Shown: positions 38,841 to 51,890 of the stretch, piece by piece
Numbering within the stretch: the first letter of the stretch is position 1
Layout of the letters: every line of letters begins with the position of its first letter
Source of the DNA: Antedon mediterranea
Lineage: Eukaryota; Animalia; Echinodermata
DNA length: 64,000 nucleotides
Assembly: GCF_964355755.1 (NCBI RefSeq)
Contig: NC_092679.1
Coordinates: 22,737,432 to 22,801,431 of the forward strand
Reading direction: 5' to 3'
The notes under the pieces: model-generated
The model's database searches: none
What the model was told of the DNA's origin: nothing
The model's input: only the letters and a program-made list of their open reading frames with translations
Program-made: the position numbers and the translations under genes

Positions 38841-40921
38841 AAGTTAACTTTATTATTTAGTATAAACACAGCGGATAAATTCAAAATGGTGATGAGGCTG
38901 CTTTTCTACAAGTTTTCAATACAAAATGGGGACCATACTAGTTGTACACAGCATTATGACATGTTGGACGATGATCACTGTTTAGGGTACAGCAGTTGGA
39001 CACAAAATGGCAACCATCAATTGTGTATTTACACAGCAGTACTATACATCAGTTGATATAAGTTACTGTACTGTAGGCCATTGTTGGTGGACACAAAATG
39101 GCGTCAAGAGGTAGAAAATTGTATTCAATCATGACATTTGTAATTTAGATACTGTAGCCTGGAAAAACTTGCATCTATTTTGGATACAAAATGTCAGCCA
39201 TTATTTATGGCTGACTGGAGTACTTTCTTTCTACAATAATCATGTTAATTTTGTAATTTTAAAATGCAGTTAAAAATATAATATTTTTAAAATATCTATT
39301 TATGTCTTACTAGTGTGTGCGGTGGAAATTTTAAACTTGCCAATCTTAAGGCATAATAATACATTTAATAATTTAAAATAAGAATCTGTTCAGTGTTTGA
39401 GTACTATACTAAGATAGTTGCACCAGTACAGTAATTCCAGGTCCTTTCTCTTTAGTCTAGTAAGTTGGACTTTACAGCACAGTGCACTATTAATATTACA
39501 TCATTTTCTTTCCACATTTGAAATTCAGCTAATATAATATTATAAATAACTATGCAGAAAGTATAAAGAAATAACAAAAAGTTATTATTTTTTATATGAA
39601 AGTGTTTAGTTCTCAAAGTATATATCATTGATGTTAAAATTAAACTGTATACTGTACATCACAAATATCTGACCAAATAAAAAAGAATATTTGTAAATAA
39701 AACAGTGAAGGAATTACAGTAAATATTAGAAAGGTTTCACAACCTTTATGAATATGATAACGAAAACAGATACGTCACACATTTCTTAAACTTTTGAGTT
39801 GTGATTCCCTTTTTTGTATCCAAGCAAAGGTATGACAATTTTAACAAAATTAGAACTAACATCCAACATTGTTTTCCTTGTTCAACTGAAGTGCTTCAAA
39901 AGAGTCTACAGATAGGAGTTATATAGAAATGGTGCTAACTATCAAAGTGTTGCACTTTCTTCGACTATCATGTTGATATAATATTGAGTATAGTTTAAAC
40001 AACCAAAAAAATCAAAGAAACCACCCAATGTGAAAAACAGAGAAAATATTTTATATAGGCTTTTGTTTTAGTATTATAGTCAACTGTAGAATAATTCTAT
40101 TGAAATTTTAGTGACAGTAGAAGTTCTATTACTGCAGAAATTCTATTGAAGTTGCTGAAGTATTATATACTATATTAGGAATTACTGCAGTATTGTTTTC
40201 TTGCTTGAGGTAAAGATATTTTGTTAAGAGTGGCTGGTACCTCTCTGCATTTATACTTGGAACTCAGTGACCATATGTTTGATGATAGTCTAAAGAGTGT
40301 TTTATTAGGTGTACTAATTACTGTTAAGTTATTAATTAATCACATTATAGTACGTTATTAAGTATGGAATTATCCCAGATCACTATTAATTTAGGAACTA
40401 ATTTGCAACCTCTAATGCAGTATACTTTCAAGTGACTAAATTTTGTTTTCTCTTTAATCATATCTTGATTTTGTATTGTAGTATAAAATATTATTGGCCA
40501 TATTTGCTTAGTTTGTTTCTGTAATTCTTAGTACAATATTTTTTTTTGATTTGCTGCATTATTTTATTAATTGGTATTTATTCAAACTCAACATATTTAT
40601 TAAAACATAGCAGCAAAAATGCTGATTTGAGTTCTAGTTGACATGAGGAAAAAATACCAAAAGGTTAAATAATAAATTAAATTTAAAAATACAAATTTAT
40701 TCATAACAATGACTAGATGAGTAGTTTGTTCTAGTAATTTTACTGCAATAATTATATTACTTGCACTATTAGCCACCAGAAGAAATACTTTATTGTACTG
40801 AAGATGGTGCAGTATGGTACTGATTATGCAATTAATTACTGAATTCTACTGAAGTTTGCTACAGTAATTATACTGTAATATTTCTACAGAAGATGGTACA
40901 GTATTGTACTGTATGTATGAC

Positions 40922-41468
40922 AATTCTTCTAAAGTTTCAGCAGTATTGTCAACTATGGCAATTCTACTGAAGTTTCAGCAGTATTGTAACTGGCAATTCT
41001 ACTGAAGTTTCAGCAGTATTGTAACTTTGCAATTCTACTGAAGTTTCAGCAGTATTGTAACTGGCCATTCTACTGAAGTTTCAGCAGTATTGTAACTGGC
41101 AATTCTACTGAAGTTTCAGCAGTATTGTAACTGGCAATTCTACTGAAGTTTCAGCAGTATTGTAACTGGCAATTCTACTGAAGTTTCAGCAGTATTGTAA
41201 CTTTGCAATTCTACTGAAGTTTCAGCAGTATTGTAACTGGCCATTCTACTGAAGTTTCAGCAGTATTGTAACTGGCAATTCTACTGAAGTTTCAGCAGTA
41301 TTGTAACTGGCAATTCTACTGAAGTTTCAGCAGTATTGTAACTGGCAATTCTACTGAAGTTTCAGCAGTATTGTAACTGGCAATTCTACTGAAGTTTCAG
41401 CAGTATTGTAACTGGCAATTCTACTGAAGTTTCAGCAGTATTGTAACTGGCAATTCTACTGAAGTTTT
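40922..41468. repeat. 35-bp minisatellite, about 15 copies
   Basis: AATTCTACTGAAGTTTCAGCAGTATTGTAACTGGC head-to-tail. Confidence 0.97.
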
Positions 41469-42359
41469 TATTGATGATGTAACAGTTTAACTGCAGTAAT
41501 GTTACTGTATAATAATAGTAAATCTTCTGCAGTTGGTGCAGAAAAAATATTATCATTATTTGCAGATTATTATTTGAAAGTCTATAGTTTAATATATCAA
41601 TCAACATTAATACTAGTAATATCAATCAATTACTGCACAACTGCAGTTGCTGATTACCTAATATTAATAAGAAGCATCAGTGATATGTGTTTTGATAAGT
41701 TACACATGCTTTTTATTAATTATAATTTTCTTTATTAGTTAATTATTTTTAAAGGACTGTTTTCAAAGTTATTTCAAGTTTCAAATGTGATCACTGTATA
41801 AAATTTAGTATATTTTCTATCGGTTCATTCAATACATTTTATAATAGGTATATATAATTGGGGAACGACACATTTGTTTATTATAAGAGTAGTGTTACAT
41901 ATGTTGTTTAATAAGTATTTGTTATTCTATATTATGTAATGTAAGATATTATAACTAATCTGTTGTTACATAATTTTGTTTATATTATATATTTTACCTT
42001 GATTGGTATAATCAAAAAGACAAACATTGTATAAAATACTTAACATTTATAATTGAATAGTTTTAATAAATTATAAGCTGTAATTCATTATTTTTTTCAC
42101 ATTTATTTAAAACTAGAATCATGAATATGTAAAAATATAACTGACTTACTTATGAATAATAATGATATGCTACTACTATATTTTGTTTCCAAAAAATTAT
42201 TGATGGTCAATTTGTAAAATTATGAATAAAGTTAAAGAATAACAATATTAAATGAATATTAATATGTTTATTAAAAGAGAAGAGATTTAGTAATATAGGT
42301 ATCTACATACCAAAGCCAAATAAGTTATGTTAAAATTTGAATGCTACATTTTTAAGAAC

Positions 42360-43112
42360 ATATTGAATAAACATACTATAAACATTTCATGAACATGTCA
42401 TAACAATAACATGAACATCCAGTTTTATAACATAACATGAACATGTCATGAACATAACATGAACATACAGTATCAAGAACATTATATGAGCATACCAAGA
42501 ACATAACATGATGATACCATGGACATAATGAGTGAGTGGCCGAGCGGTTAAGACAGTGGAACCGTAATCACGTAGCCATAACATCGGCAGGGGTTCGAGG
42601 CTCACTCACTCCATGGTTCTGGTGGTAGAACGAGTCTTCTCGGATAAGGACTATAAACCGTAGGTCCAGTGTACACAACTTGCTCGTGTGCACTTTAAAG
42701 AACCTAGTACATCTTTCGAGACGAGTAGGGGGTTACCCCGGTGTATTAGTACATCACAGCCACTGATCACCAACTGGGCCCTCTGGGAGATCAGTCTTTG
42801 ACTGAAGAGGTCACCCAGTATAAAGATAAAACAAACAAACAAATAACATCCATGCATAATATGAATATATTGTGAACATACCAGAAAGATACCATGAACA
42901 TACCAAGAACATACCAAGAACATAACATGAGCATACCAAGAACATAAAATGAGCATACCAAGAACATAACATGATCATACCATGGACATAACATCCATGC
43001 ATAATATGAATATACTGTGAACATACCAGGAATATACTGTACCATGAACATAACATGAGCATAACAAGAACATAACATGAGCATACCAAGAACATAACAT
43101 GAGCATACCAAG
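42360..43112. repeat. Degenerate (CATACCAAGAACATAACATGAG)n simple repeat interrupted by a SINE
   Basis: Repeated AACAT/GAGCATACCAAG modules on both sides of the SINE. Confidence 0.85.
42529..42843 (+). mobile_element. tRNA-derived SINE with Deu/Nin-like central domain and (CAAA)n tail
   Basis: A box TGGCCGAGCGGTTAAG, B box GGTTCGAGGC, centre TCGGATAAGGACTATAAACCGTAGGTCC...TTAAAGAACC...TTCGAGACGAGTAGGGG..CCCCGGTGT. The empty-site sequence GGACATAACATCC survives in the repeat near 42984. Confidence 0.85.
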
Positions 43113-43124
43113 AAAATAATAATA

Positions 43125-46100
43125 TTTTTCGATAAAACTGGTTACTATAGCGCAATTGACATGCGCAGAACCCATTATTCGTCTCTGCGCCTGTTTATTA
43201 TGCTATAGTAACCATTTATATAAAAAAATAAAAGGGTCGAAAATTGGTCATTTTTCGAAAATTTCCCTGTACTATAGTACAGGCATTTTTTCCAAAAAAT
43301 GGCAAATTTTCGACCTTTTTATTTTTCGATAAAACTGGTTACTATAGCACAATTGACATGCGCAGAACCCATTATTCGACTCTGCGCATGTTTATTATGC
43401 TATAGTAACCATTTATGTCAAAAGTGGTTACTATAGCGCAATTGACATGCACAGAACCCATTATTCGTCTCTGCGCATGTTTATTATGCTATAGTAACCA
43501 TTTATATCAAAAAATAAAAGGGTCGAAAATCGGTCATTTTTCGAAAATTTCCCTGTACTATAGTACAGGAATTTTTTCCAAAAATGGCAAATTTTCGACC
43601 TTTTTATTTTTCGATAAAACTGGTTACTATAGCACAATTGACATGCGCAGAACCCATTATTCGACTCTGCGCATTTTTATTATGCTATAGTAACCATTTA
43701 TATCAAAAAATAAAAGGGTCGAAAATCGGTCATTTTTCGAAAATTTCCCTGTACTATAGTACAGGGATTTTTTTCCAAAAATGGAAGATTTTCGACCTTT
43801 TTATTTTTCGATAAAACTGGTTACTATAGCACAATTGACATGCGCAGAACCCATTATTCGACTCTGCGCATGTTTATTATGCTATAGTAACCATTTATGT
43901 CAAAAGTGGTTACTATAGCGCAATTGACATGCGCAGAACCCATTATTCGTCTCTGCGCCTGTTTATTATGCTATAGTAACCACTTATATCAAAAAATAAA
44001 AGGGTCGAAAATTGGTCATTTTTCGAAAATTTCCCTGTACTATAGTACAGGCATTTTTTCCAAAAAATGGCAAATTTTCGACCTTTTTATTTTTCGATAA
44101 AACTGGTTACTATAGCACAATTGACATGCGCAGAACCCATTATTCGACTCTGCGCATGTTTATTATGCTACAGTAACCATTTATGTCAAAAGTGGTTACT
44201 ATAACGCAATTGACATGTGCAGAACCCATTATTCGTCTCTGCGCATGTTTATTGTGCTATAGTAACCATTTATATCAAAAAATAAAAAGGTCGAAAATCG
44301 GTCATTTTTCGAAATTTCCCTATACTAAAGTACAGAGATTTTTTTCCAAAAATGGCAAATTTTCGACCTTTTTATTTTTCGATAAAACTGGTTACTATAG
44401 CACAATTGACATGCGCAGAACCCATTATTCGACTGTGCGCATGTTTATTATGCTATACAGTAACCATTTATGTCAAAAGTGGTTACTATAGCGCAATTGA
44501 CATGCGCAGAACCCATTATTCGACTCTCCGCATGTTTATTATGCTATAGTAACCATTTATATCAAAAAATAAAAGGGTCGAAAATCGGTCATTTTTCGAA
44601 AATTTCCCTGTACTATAGTACAGGGATTTTTTCAAAAAATGGAAAATTTTCGACCTTTTTATTTTTCGATAAAACTGGTTACTATAGCACAATTGACATG
44701 CGCAGAACCCATTATTCGACTCTGCGCATGTTTATTATGCTATAGTAACCATTTATGTCAAAAGTGGTTACTATAGCGCAATTGACATGCGCAGAACCCA
44801 TTATTCGTCTCTGCGCCTGTTTATTATGCTATAGTAACCATTTATATAAAAAAATAAAAGGGTCGAAAATTGGTCATTTTTCGAAAATTTCCCTGTACTA
44901 TAGTACAGGCATTTTTTCCAAAAAATGGCAAATTTTCGACCTTTTTATTTTTCGATAAAACTGGTTACTATAGCACAATTGACATGCGCAGAACCCATTA
45001 TTCGACTCTGCGCATGTTTATTATGCTATAGTAACCATTTATGTCAAAAGTGGTTACTATAGCGCAATTGACATGCACAGAACCCATTATTCGTCTCTGC
45101 GCATGTTTATTATGCTATAGTAACCATTTATATCAAAAAATAAAAGGGTCGAAAATCGGTCATTTTTCGAAAATTTCCCTGTACTATAATAGTACAGGAA
45201 TTTTTTCCAAAAATGGCAAATTTTCGACCTTTTTATTTTTCGATAAAACTGGTTACTATAGCACAATTGACATGCGCAGAACCCATTATTCGACTCTGCG
45301 CATTTTTATTATGCTATAGTAACCATTTATATCAAAAAATAAAAGGGTCGAAAATCGGTCATTTTTCGAAAATTTCCCTGTACTATAGTACAGGGATTTT
45401 TTCCAAAAATGGAAAATTTTCGACCTTTTTATTTTTCGATAAAACTGGTTACTATAGCACAATTGACATGCGCAGAACCCATTATTCGACTCTGCGCATG
45501 TTTATTATGCTATAGTAACCATTTATGTCAAAAGTGGTTACTATAGCGCAATTGACATGCGCAGAACCCATTATTCGTCTCTGCGCCTGTTTATTATGCT
45601 ATAGTAACCACTTATATCAAAAAATTAAAGGGTCGAAAATTGGTCATTTTTCGAAAATTTCCCTGTACTATAGTACAGGCATTTTTTCCAAAAAATGGCA
45701 AATTTTCGACCTTTTTATTTTTCGATAAAACTGGTTACTATAGCACAATTGACATGCGCAGAACCCATTATTCGACTCTGCGCATGTTTATTATGCTATA
45801 GTAACCATTTATGTCAAAAGTGGTTACTATAGCGCAATTGACATGCGCAGAACCCATTATTCGTCTCTGCGCCTGTTTATTATGCTATAGTAACCACTTA
45901 TATCAAAAAATTAAAGGGTCGAAAATTGGTCATTTTTCGAAAATTTCCCTGTACTATAGTACAGGCATTTTTTCCAAAAAATGGCAAATTTTCGACCTTT
46001 TTATTTTTTGATAAAACTGGTTACTATAGCACAATTGACATGCGCAGAACCCATTATTCGACTCTGCGCATTTTTATTATGCTATAGTAACCATTTATAT

Positions 46101-46925
46101 CAAAAAATAAAAGGGTCGAAAATTGGTCATTTTTCGAAAATTTCCCTGTACTATAGTACAGGCATTTTTTCCAAAAAATGGCAAATTTTCGACCTTTTTA
46201 TTTTTCGATAAAACTGGTTACTATAGCACAATTGACATGCGCAGAACCCATTATTCGACTCTGCGCATGTTTATTATGCTATAGTAACCATTTATGTCAA
46301 AAGTGGTTACTATAGCGCAATTGACATGCGCAGAACCCATTATTCGTATCTGCGCATGTTTATTGTGCTATAGTAACCATTTATATCAAAAAATAAAAGG
46401 GTCGAAAATCGGTCATTTTTCGAAAATTTCCCTGTACTATAGTACATGAGTTTTTACCCAAAAATGGCAAATTTTCGACCTTTTTATTTTTCGATAAAAC
46501 TGGTTACTATAGCACAATTGACATGCGCAGAACCCATTATTCGACTCTGCGCATGTTTATTATGCTATAGTAACCATTTATGTTAAAACTGGTTACTATA
46601 GCACAATTGACATGCGCAGAACCCATTATTCGACTCTGCGCATGTTTATTATGCTATAGTAACCATTTATGTCAAAAGTGGTTACAAAAGCACAATTGAC
46701 ATGCGCAGAACCCATTTTGCGTCTCTGCGCATGTTTATTATGACTATAAGATGATGAATGATCATATTATACAGCAATAATATCGCATAAAAATTGATTT
46801 TTAAAAACATGATATTTTGGCCAGTTTTCGAAAAAATCCCTGTACTATAATAGTACAGGGATTTTTTCCACAAATGTCAAATTTCGACCCTGTTATTTTT
46901 TCGACTTAACTGGTTTCTATGGCAC
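43125..46925. repeat. Satellite of two palindromic modules; 286-bp and ~197-bp monomers
   Basis: Module A GGTTACTATAGC..ACATGCGCAGA..TCTGCGCATGT..GCTATAGTAACC; module B AAAATAAAAGGGTCGAAAAT..CCCTGTACTATAGTACAGGG..ATTTTCGACCTTTTTATTTT. Confidence 0.97.
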
Positions 46926-47240
46926 TATAAGATGATGAATGATCATATACAGCAATAATATCACATAAAAATTGATTTTTAAAAACATGATATTTTGGCC
47001 ATTTTCCGATCTTCATCTAAAGAAAACAGCTGATGCTTGTAATTTCCAAACATTATGTAAAATAGCTCTTTAATTCAAGTCAAATACTGAATGAAAAGAA
47101 AAAAAAATTAAAGAAAACATATAGGAATATTTGGCGTTTTCTGTGGTAGTCTACTTGTACTTCCTCTTACACGGAATGAAAAAATAAAAAGAAAAGACAA
47201 AAAAAAAAGAAAAAATGATAATGGCGTTTTCTGTGGTAGT

Positions 47241-48513
47241 CTATGTACTCCCTCTATAAGTTGGATGACAGTTAAAATCCACCAGTTTGATTAGATGTTC
47301 CCATGCTCGCTCATACACTTGTACTGTACAAGTCAAATCCTGTTTAAAAAAATAGGATCACATTTATTGTCTTAAGTCATGTCTACACTATCAAACTCTA
47401 TGTGACAAAAGAATGATGATGATGCCATATCAGTTATATATTTGGGCATGTCACTCCCATTTTTGGCATGTCAGTCCCATATGTGGGCACATCACACTAA
47501 TTTTGTCGAACTAGTTTGATAGTGTAGACAGATCTTTAAAGGAGATCCTATGGTATGAAGATTTCATACCATATATTATTTACATGAAATGGCCTAGAAT
47601 TGTCCAGTAAATACCGTATAAGGTAGAAGGTGAACCTACATGGTTGAGGGCACTCACACAATCAAAGCAACATTGTACTTGTACTGTATCAGGTTCTTAT
47701 TTAAGAAGGAAAAGCTCTTGTATCTTTTCTTTTTTAGGCTATTAGTTTGGGCACGTACCCGCTTTAACTTACCATGGCTGCAGCTCGTGGTCCAGTCAAT
47801 AGTTTACACTTTTGAACGTTTAGATTACTTAATTTTCCAGTGTTTAACTTGCATACAGTCGGGCTCAGCTCAATAGTTAAAAAGTAATTAATCCCAGCAA
47901 CAACCTAGACATTGAAGCATAACAAAAGTATTGAAATTACATTAAAAGCGATTTCATTACCACTATTCACAAATCAATTTGACATGCATAATTCCAGAAT
48001 AGTCTACTTTAAAAAAGAACCAAGTAATATTGTTTGTGGCCTCGCATCGTTTCTTTACAGGCCGTAGGCTTACAGGTTTATGTGGTTAAAGATTAATATT
48101 TATTCATAGTATTTCTGATTCTAAACTCTGTCTACACTATCAAACTTTATTTGAAAAAAAAAACCATGATGTGCCAGACATAACATCAAAGAACTGTTAC
48201 GAGTTCCTATCTTGGTATCGTCTCTTTACCTCACTAAAGTAAAGAGTCTCAAAACTCCCCTTTGTAGGCATATAAAGTTGTTTGGCCTCAAAATAACTCT
48301 CTTTACCTGTGTAGCAGCCGAGATGATGTTGGTGCACCTCATTGCATATAGCGAGTTACTTTTTGCGTTTATTTGCTCAGTAGCAAACCTCGAAATTCTT
48401 CTAATCAAATCAGACTGATTAGGATTAGACACAGTTTCTCTTCCGCCCATCATAGTAAAATTACCAAGGCAAATAAAATAAAATAACAACAATAAAACCA
48501 AAGTTTTAGTCAT
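47241..48513 (-). CDS. Secreted cystatin (type-2-like, 145 aa); exons 48513-48307, 47904-47773, 47339-47241
   Basis: Signal peptide, N-terminal GG, Q|VVAG across a phase-0 intron, INYFL, four Cys after the QxVxG motif, VYERAW at the PW loop position. Confidence 0.92.
47375..47536. mobile_element. MITE with GTCTACACTATCAAACT TIRs (Harbinger-like); partial copies near 9590-9662, 28620, 48128 and 62232-62345
   Basis: GTCTACACTATCAAACT...AGTTTGATAGTGTAGAC inverted termini with TAA/TTA flanks; recurs in the window. Confidence 0.7.
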
Positions 48514-49220
48514 GTTTCTCGCTATTTTGATAGGCCTACTGGACGTGATCAATATAGGCTACTTAATGAACGAAAACAAACAAGTGTGTTTAATTACATT
48601 GATTGGTTTACTACACTACCGCATAGGTACTGCAATTTGTTGTTTTTTTTTAATGAATGTTTAAGTTATAAAATAACAATTTTGTTTCAAATACATAACG
48701 CTCCATAAAATTGAATGCTACTATTTTATGTTATAATGTTACTAATCAAGAGTATTTGTAAAATGATTTGAATTAAATATTTAAAAAAAATCATAATGGA
48801 CGAGTCTAATGATTAATAATTATGTAGAAGTTATAATATTATTAGGATATATTTTTTTAATAGAGGGAGGCAAACATATTATTATTCTTGTTTCTAAACT
48901 GGTCATCGTTGTTGAAAAAAAATATAGGCGAATTTGACTGATTTGTTTACTTTGTACTTATTGTCACGTGAACATTTTGAACACTGTTACCACTTCTCAG
49001 CTCGCAACAGCGAGGAACTTGAAGAGCTAATCCAAGTCAACTGTTATTTAAGACAAAAGAGTAGAGTAAGACATAGATAGCAGATTAACAAAGATTATAT
49101 ATCTTTCAACAATGCAAAATATAAAACGTCAATAATGGTATTTAACCAATGTTTATATATCCATATTAAAGTAAACTCAACTCAATTAAGATTGACTATT
49201 AAGATGTTGTTCTAATTGCT

Positions 49221-49786
49221 GGTGTTTTGCCGAACGCCACATCTCCGACGGACAACAGATCGACAGACTATTTTCCGACCGGACCTATAGCCGACCGGAT
49301 ATTCCACACCGGACATTTCACCGATCGGTCCTTTCAGATCATTCTCTCGATAGGACATTTCACCGACAACCATTTAACTGACAGAAAAATGATCAAAAGA
49401 CAATCATTCGACAGACAAAAAGTTCAAAAGTTGAAAAAACATGTATTTATTCAATGGCATATTATTGTACAGTATAACATAGGTGTGTATTTAAATGAAC
49501 ATGGTAATAAACCATCATTTGGGGTCTTCTCTAGAAGAAATCAAGTTTCTTGTCTCGAGAAAGACCCCAGAACAATTATAACAAAAATTATAAAAAAATA
49601 AAAATAGATAAATGATATATAGATTGACATACACATACATATAAACCTTGCCATATAATTTCCGTATTTCAACAGTAAAATACATGTATTTCATTTTTTA
49701 TTATATAAATTATAAATATATCACGTGCCATAAAGGTTTCGTTGAAGAACGGGTCCTGTCGGTGAACGGCATTTCGCAAAACGTCC
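49221..49786. mobile_element. Probable MITE with imperfect TIRs and 15-bp subterminal repeats
   Basis: GGTGTTTTGCCGAACGCC versus reverse complement GGACGTTTTGCGAAATGCC; repeated ACCGGACATTTCACCGA-like units; not seen in the paralogous spacer near 61500. Confidence 0.5.
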
Positions 49787-49873
49787 GAATACCTAATTCT
49801 TATTGACAAACAGCAGAGATGACAACAATAATATCATAATTAATATCTTAACATCAGTATTACTTATCAGTAG

Positions 49874-50807
49874 TGTAATATAATGTTGGGTTGTTGAGGT
49901 ACTAATGAAGGACTCTGACTCGCTTGACTGTCGTAACACATATATTATTTATTCAGTATAATACTTCAGTACAATATACAACTATAAGTATAGATAAGGA
50001 ACGGACATTCAATGATGCTGTCGGTGAGGTGTGAAGTGTGTAGGTCTGCTGTGAGGTGTGTGCTCCGTGAGGTGGCTGTAAGGTGTGTGCTCCGTGAGGT
50101 GTCTGTAAGGTGTGTCTGGGCCCTTCTGAAACTTTGGAGTATATTGGCTCAGTTCATTTGCATAATGTCATTACATCATCTGTGAGGGTAACGATTGGTC
50201 CTAAGTTGATCCAGGGGTGTTTAAGTGGGAGTGATTGATCTTATCTGGGGAGGTTACAATGATGAATTGGCCCTGTCAAATCTCTGCTTAAAACTGTCAG
50301 AATCTAATTGTTTTACGATGGGAACGGTCGCAAAGTTAAGCTAAGTGTTTTCTTTAGGGATTCTATTATAAACTAAATGGTCATTAAAACATCTGGACAA
50401 ACTCTCCTTTGGACTTTCTGGGTCAAGTTTGTGAACCTATTTGAATTCCGATACAAAGGTCAATTTCTTAAATATAAAAGTATATCTTTATATCACATCC
50501 CTCTGTTTCCCTTTTTTTTTTCTAATCTATTTAACATATAAAAATGGTTATAATAGTGGCATGCAAAATTAAAGTTATAAAAAAGAAAAAAAAACATTAT
50601 ACATATATGCAAAAATTGAGTTAGCCAAAACCATTGACTCTGAAGTGTAACCTTATCACTTTCACTCTCTCTCTTCTCTCTCTTAAAAAAATTAAAATCA
50701 AAAATGAATTTGGTATAAAATTCGCGTAAATCAAACATAAATCAGTTCAAATAAAAATACAAAACTTTAAAAAAATAGTATGTTACATTGAACATACATC
50801 AAATTCG
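49874..50807 (-). repeat. Inverted LTR (624 bp) plus PPT and 310 bp of element 3'UTR
   Basis: Reverse complement of 50808-51431 (2 mismatches by eye) and of 58570-58875. Confidence 0.97.
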
Positions 50808-51431
50808 TGTGATATAAAGATATACTTTTATATTTAAGAAATTGACCTTTGTATCGGAATTCAAATAGGTTCACAAACTTGACCCAGAAAGTCCAAAGGA
50901 GAGTTTGTCCAGATGTTTTAATGACCATTTAGTTTATAATAGAATCCCTAAAGAAAACACTTAGCTTAACTTTGCGACCGTTCCCATCGTAAAACAATTA
51001 GATTCTGACAGTTTTAAGCAGAGATTTGACAGGGCCAATTCATCATTGTAACCTCCCCAGATAAGATCAATCACTCCCACTTAAACACCCCTGGATCAAC
51101 TTAGGACCAATCGTTACCCTCACAGATGATGTAATGACATTATGCAAATGAACTGAGCCAATATACTCCCAAGTTTCAGAAGGGCCCAGACACACCTTAC
51201 AGACACCTCACGGAGCACACACCTTACAGCCACCTCACGGAGCACACACCTCACAGCAGACCTACACACTTCACACCTCACCGACAGCATCATTGAATGT
51301 CCGTTCCTTATCTATACTTATAGTTGTATATTGTACTGAAGTATTATACTGAATAAATAATATATGTGTTACGACAGTCAAGCGAGTCAGAGTCCTTCAT
51401 TAGTACCTCAACAACACAACATTATATTACA
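50808..51431 (+). repeat. 5' LTR (624 bp, TG...CA)
   Basis: TGTGATAT...ATATTACA termini, AATAAA near 51352, followed directly by the PBS. Confidence 0.97.
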
Positions 51432-51444
51432 TGGTGGAAGACCC
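51432..51444 (+). promoter_or_regulatory. Primer-binding site TGGTGGAAGACCC
   Basis: TGG immediately after the LTR. TGGTGGA resembles the complement of a tRNA-Ala 3' end; tRNA identity uncertain. Confidence 0.75.
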
Positions 51445-51649
51445 AAATTTCATAAGGAACGGAGTGAGCAAACAAAAATTTACAAGAAAATTAACAAAAA
51501 GACAAGAAGCAGAAAATAAAAGCAAGAGATAATTTCTTGAAACAGAACAAGAGACGAAGACGAAGAAAACCAGCCACCAGTCAGATATTTGTTTGATAGG
51601 AGAAAACCGAAAATTACACGAAGACAAGCTGAAATTTATATTTTAATCA

Positions 51650-51890
51650 GACAAGCAGAATTTTTTTTTTTTCAAGTAAGCATTTTAACTGGAACGAGAC
51701 AAGCAGATTTTTTTTCAAGTAAGCATTTTAACTGGAACGAGACAAGCAGAATTTTTTCAAGTAAGCATTTTAACTGGATCAAGAAAAGCAGAATTTTTTC
51801 CAAGTAAGCAATTTAACTGGATCGAGACAAGCAGAATTTTTTTTCTCAAATTGGCATTTTAACTGGATCGAGACAAGCAGAATTTTTAAA
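51650..51890. repeat. ~45-bp tandem repeats in the element 5' leader
   Basis: GACAAGCAGAATTTTTTTCAAGTAAGCATTTTAACTGGA repeated 5-6 times. Confidence 0.85.

Noticed and set aside
42529-42615. tRNA gene
   Set aside because: The A/B boxes continue into a SINE body and tail, and the anticodon arm is not canonical.
43415-46211. Repeated ORFs MSKVVTIAQLTC... and MANFRPFYF...
   Set aside because: Translations of the satellite; frames break with homopolymer length changes.
50493-50738. ORF MFDLREFY... (and its copy at 58635-58841) as env or accessory gene
   Set aside because: Short, low-complexity and frameshifted between the two copies.
49874-50807. Simple nested insertion of one copy into an older opposite-strand copy
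   Set aside because: No remainder of a host element follows 59474, the inner element has no TSD of its own, and GTAG flanks the whole composite.
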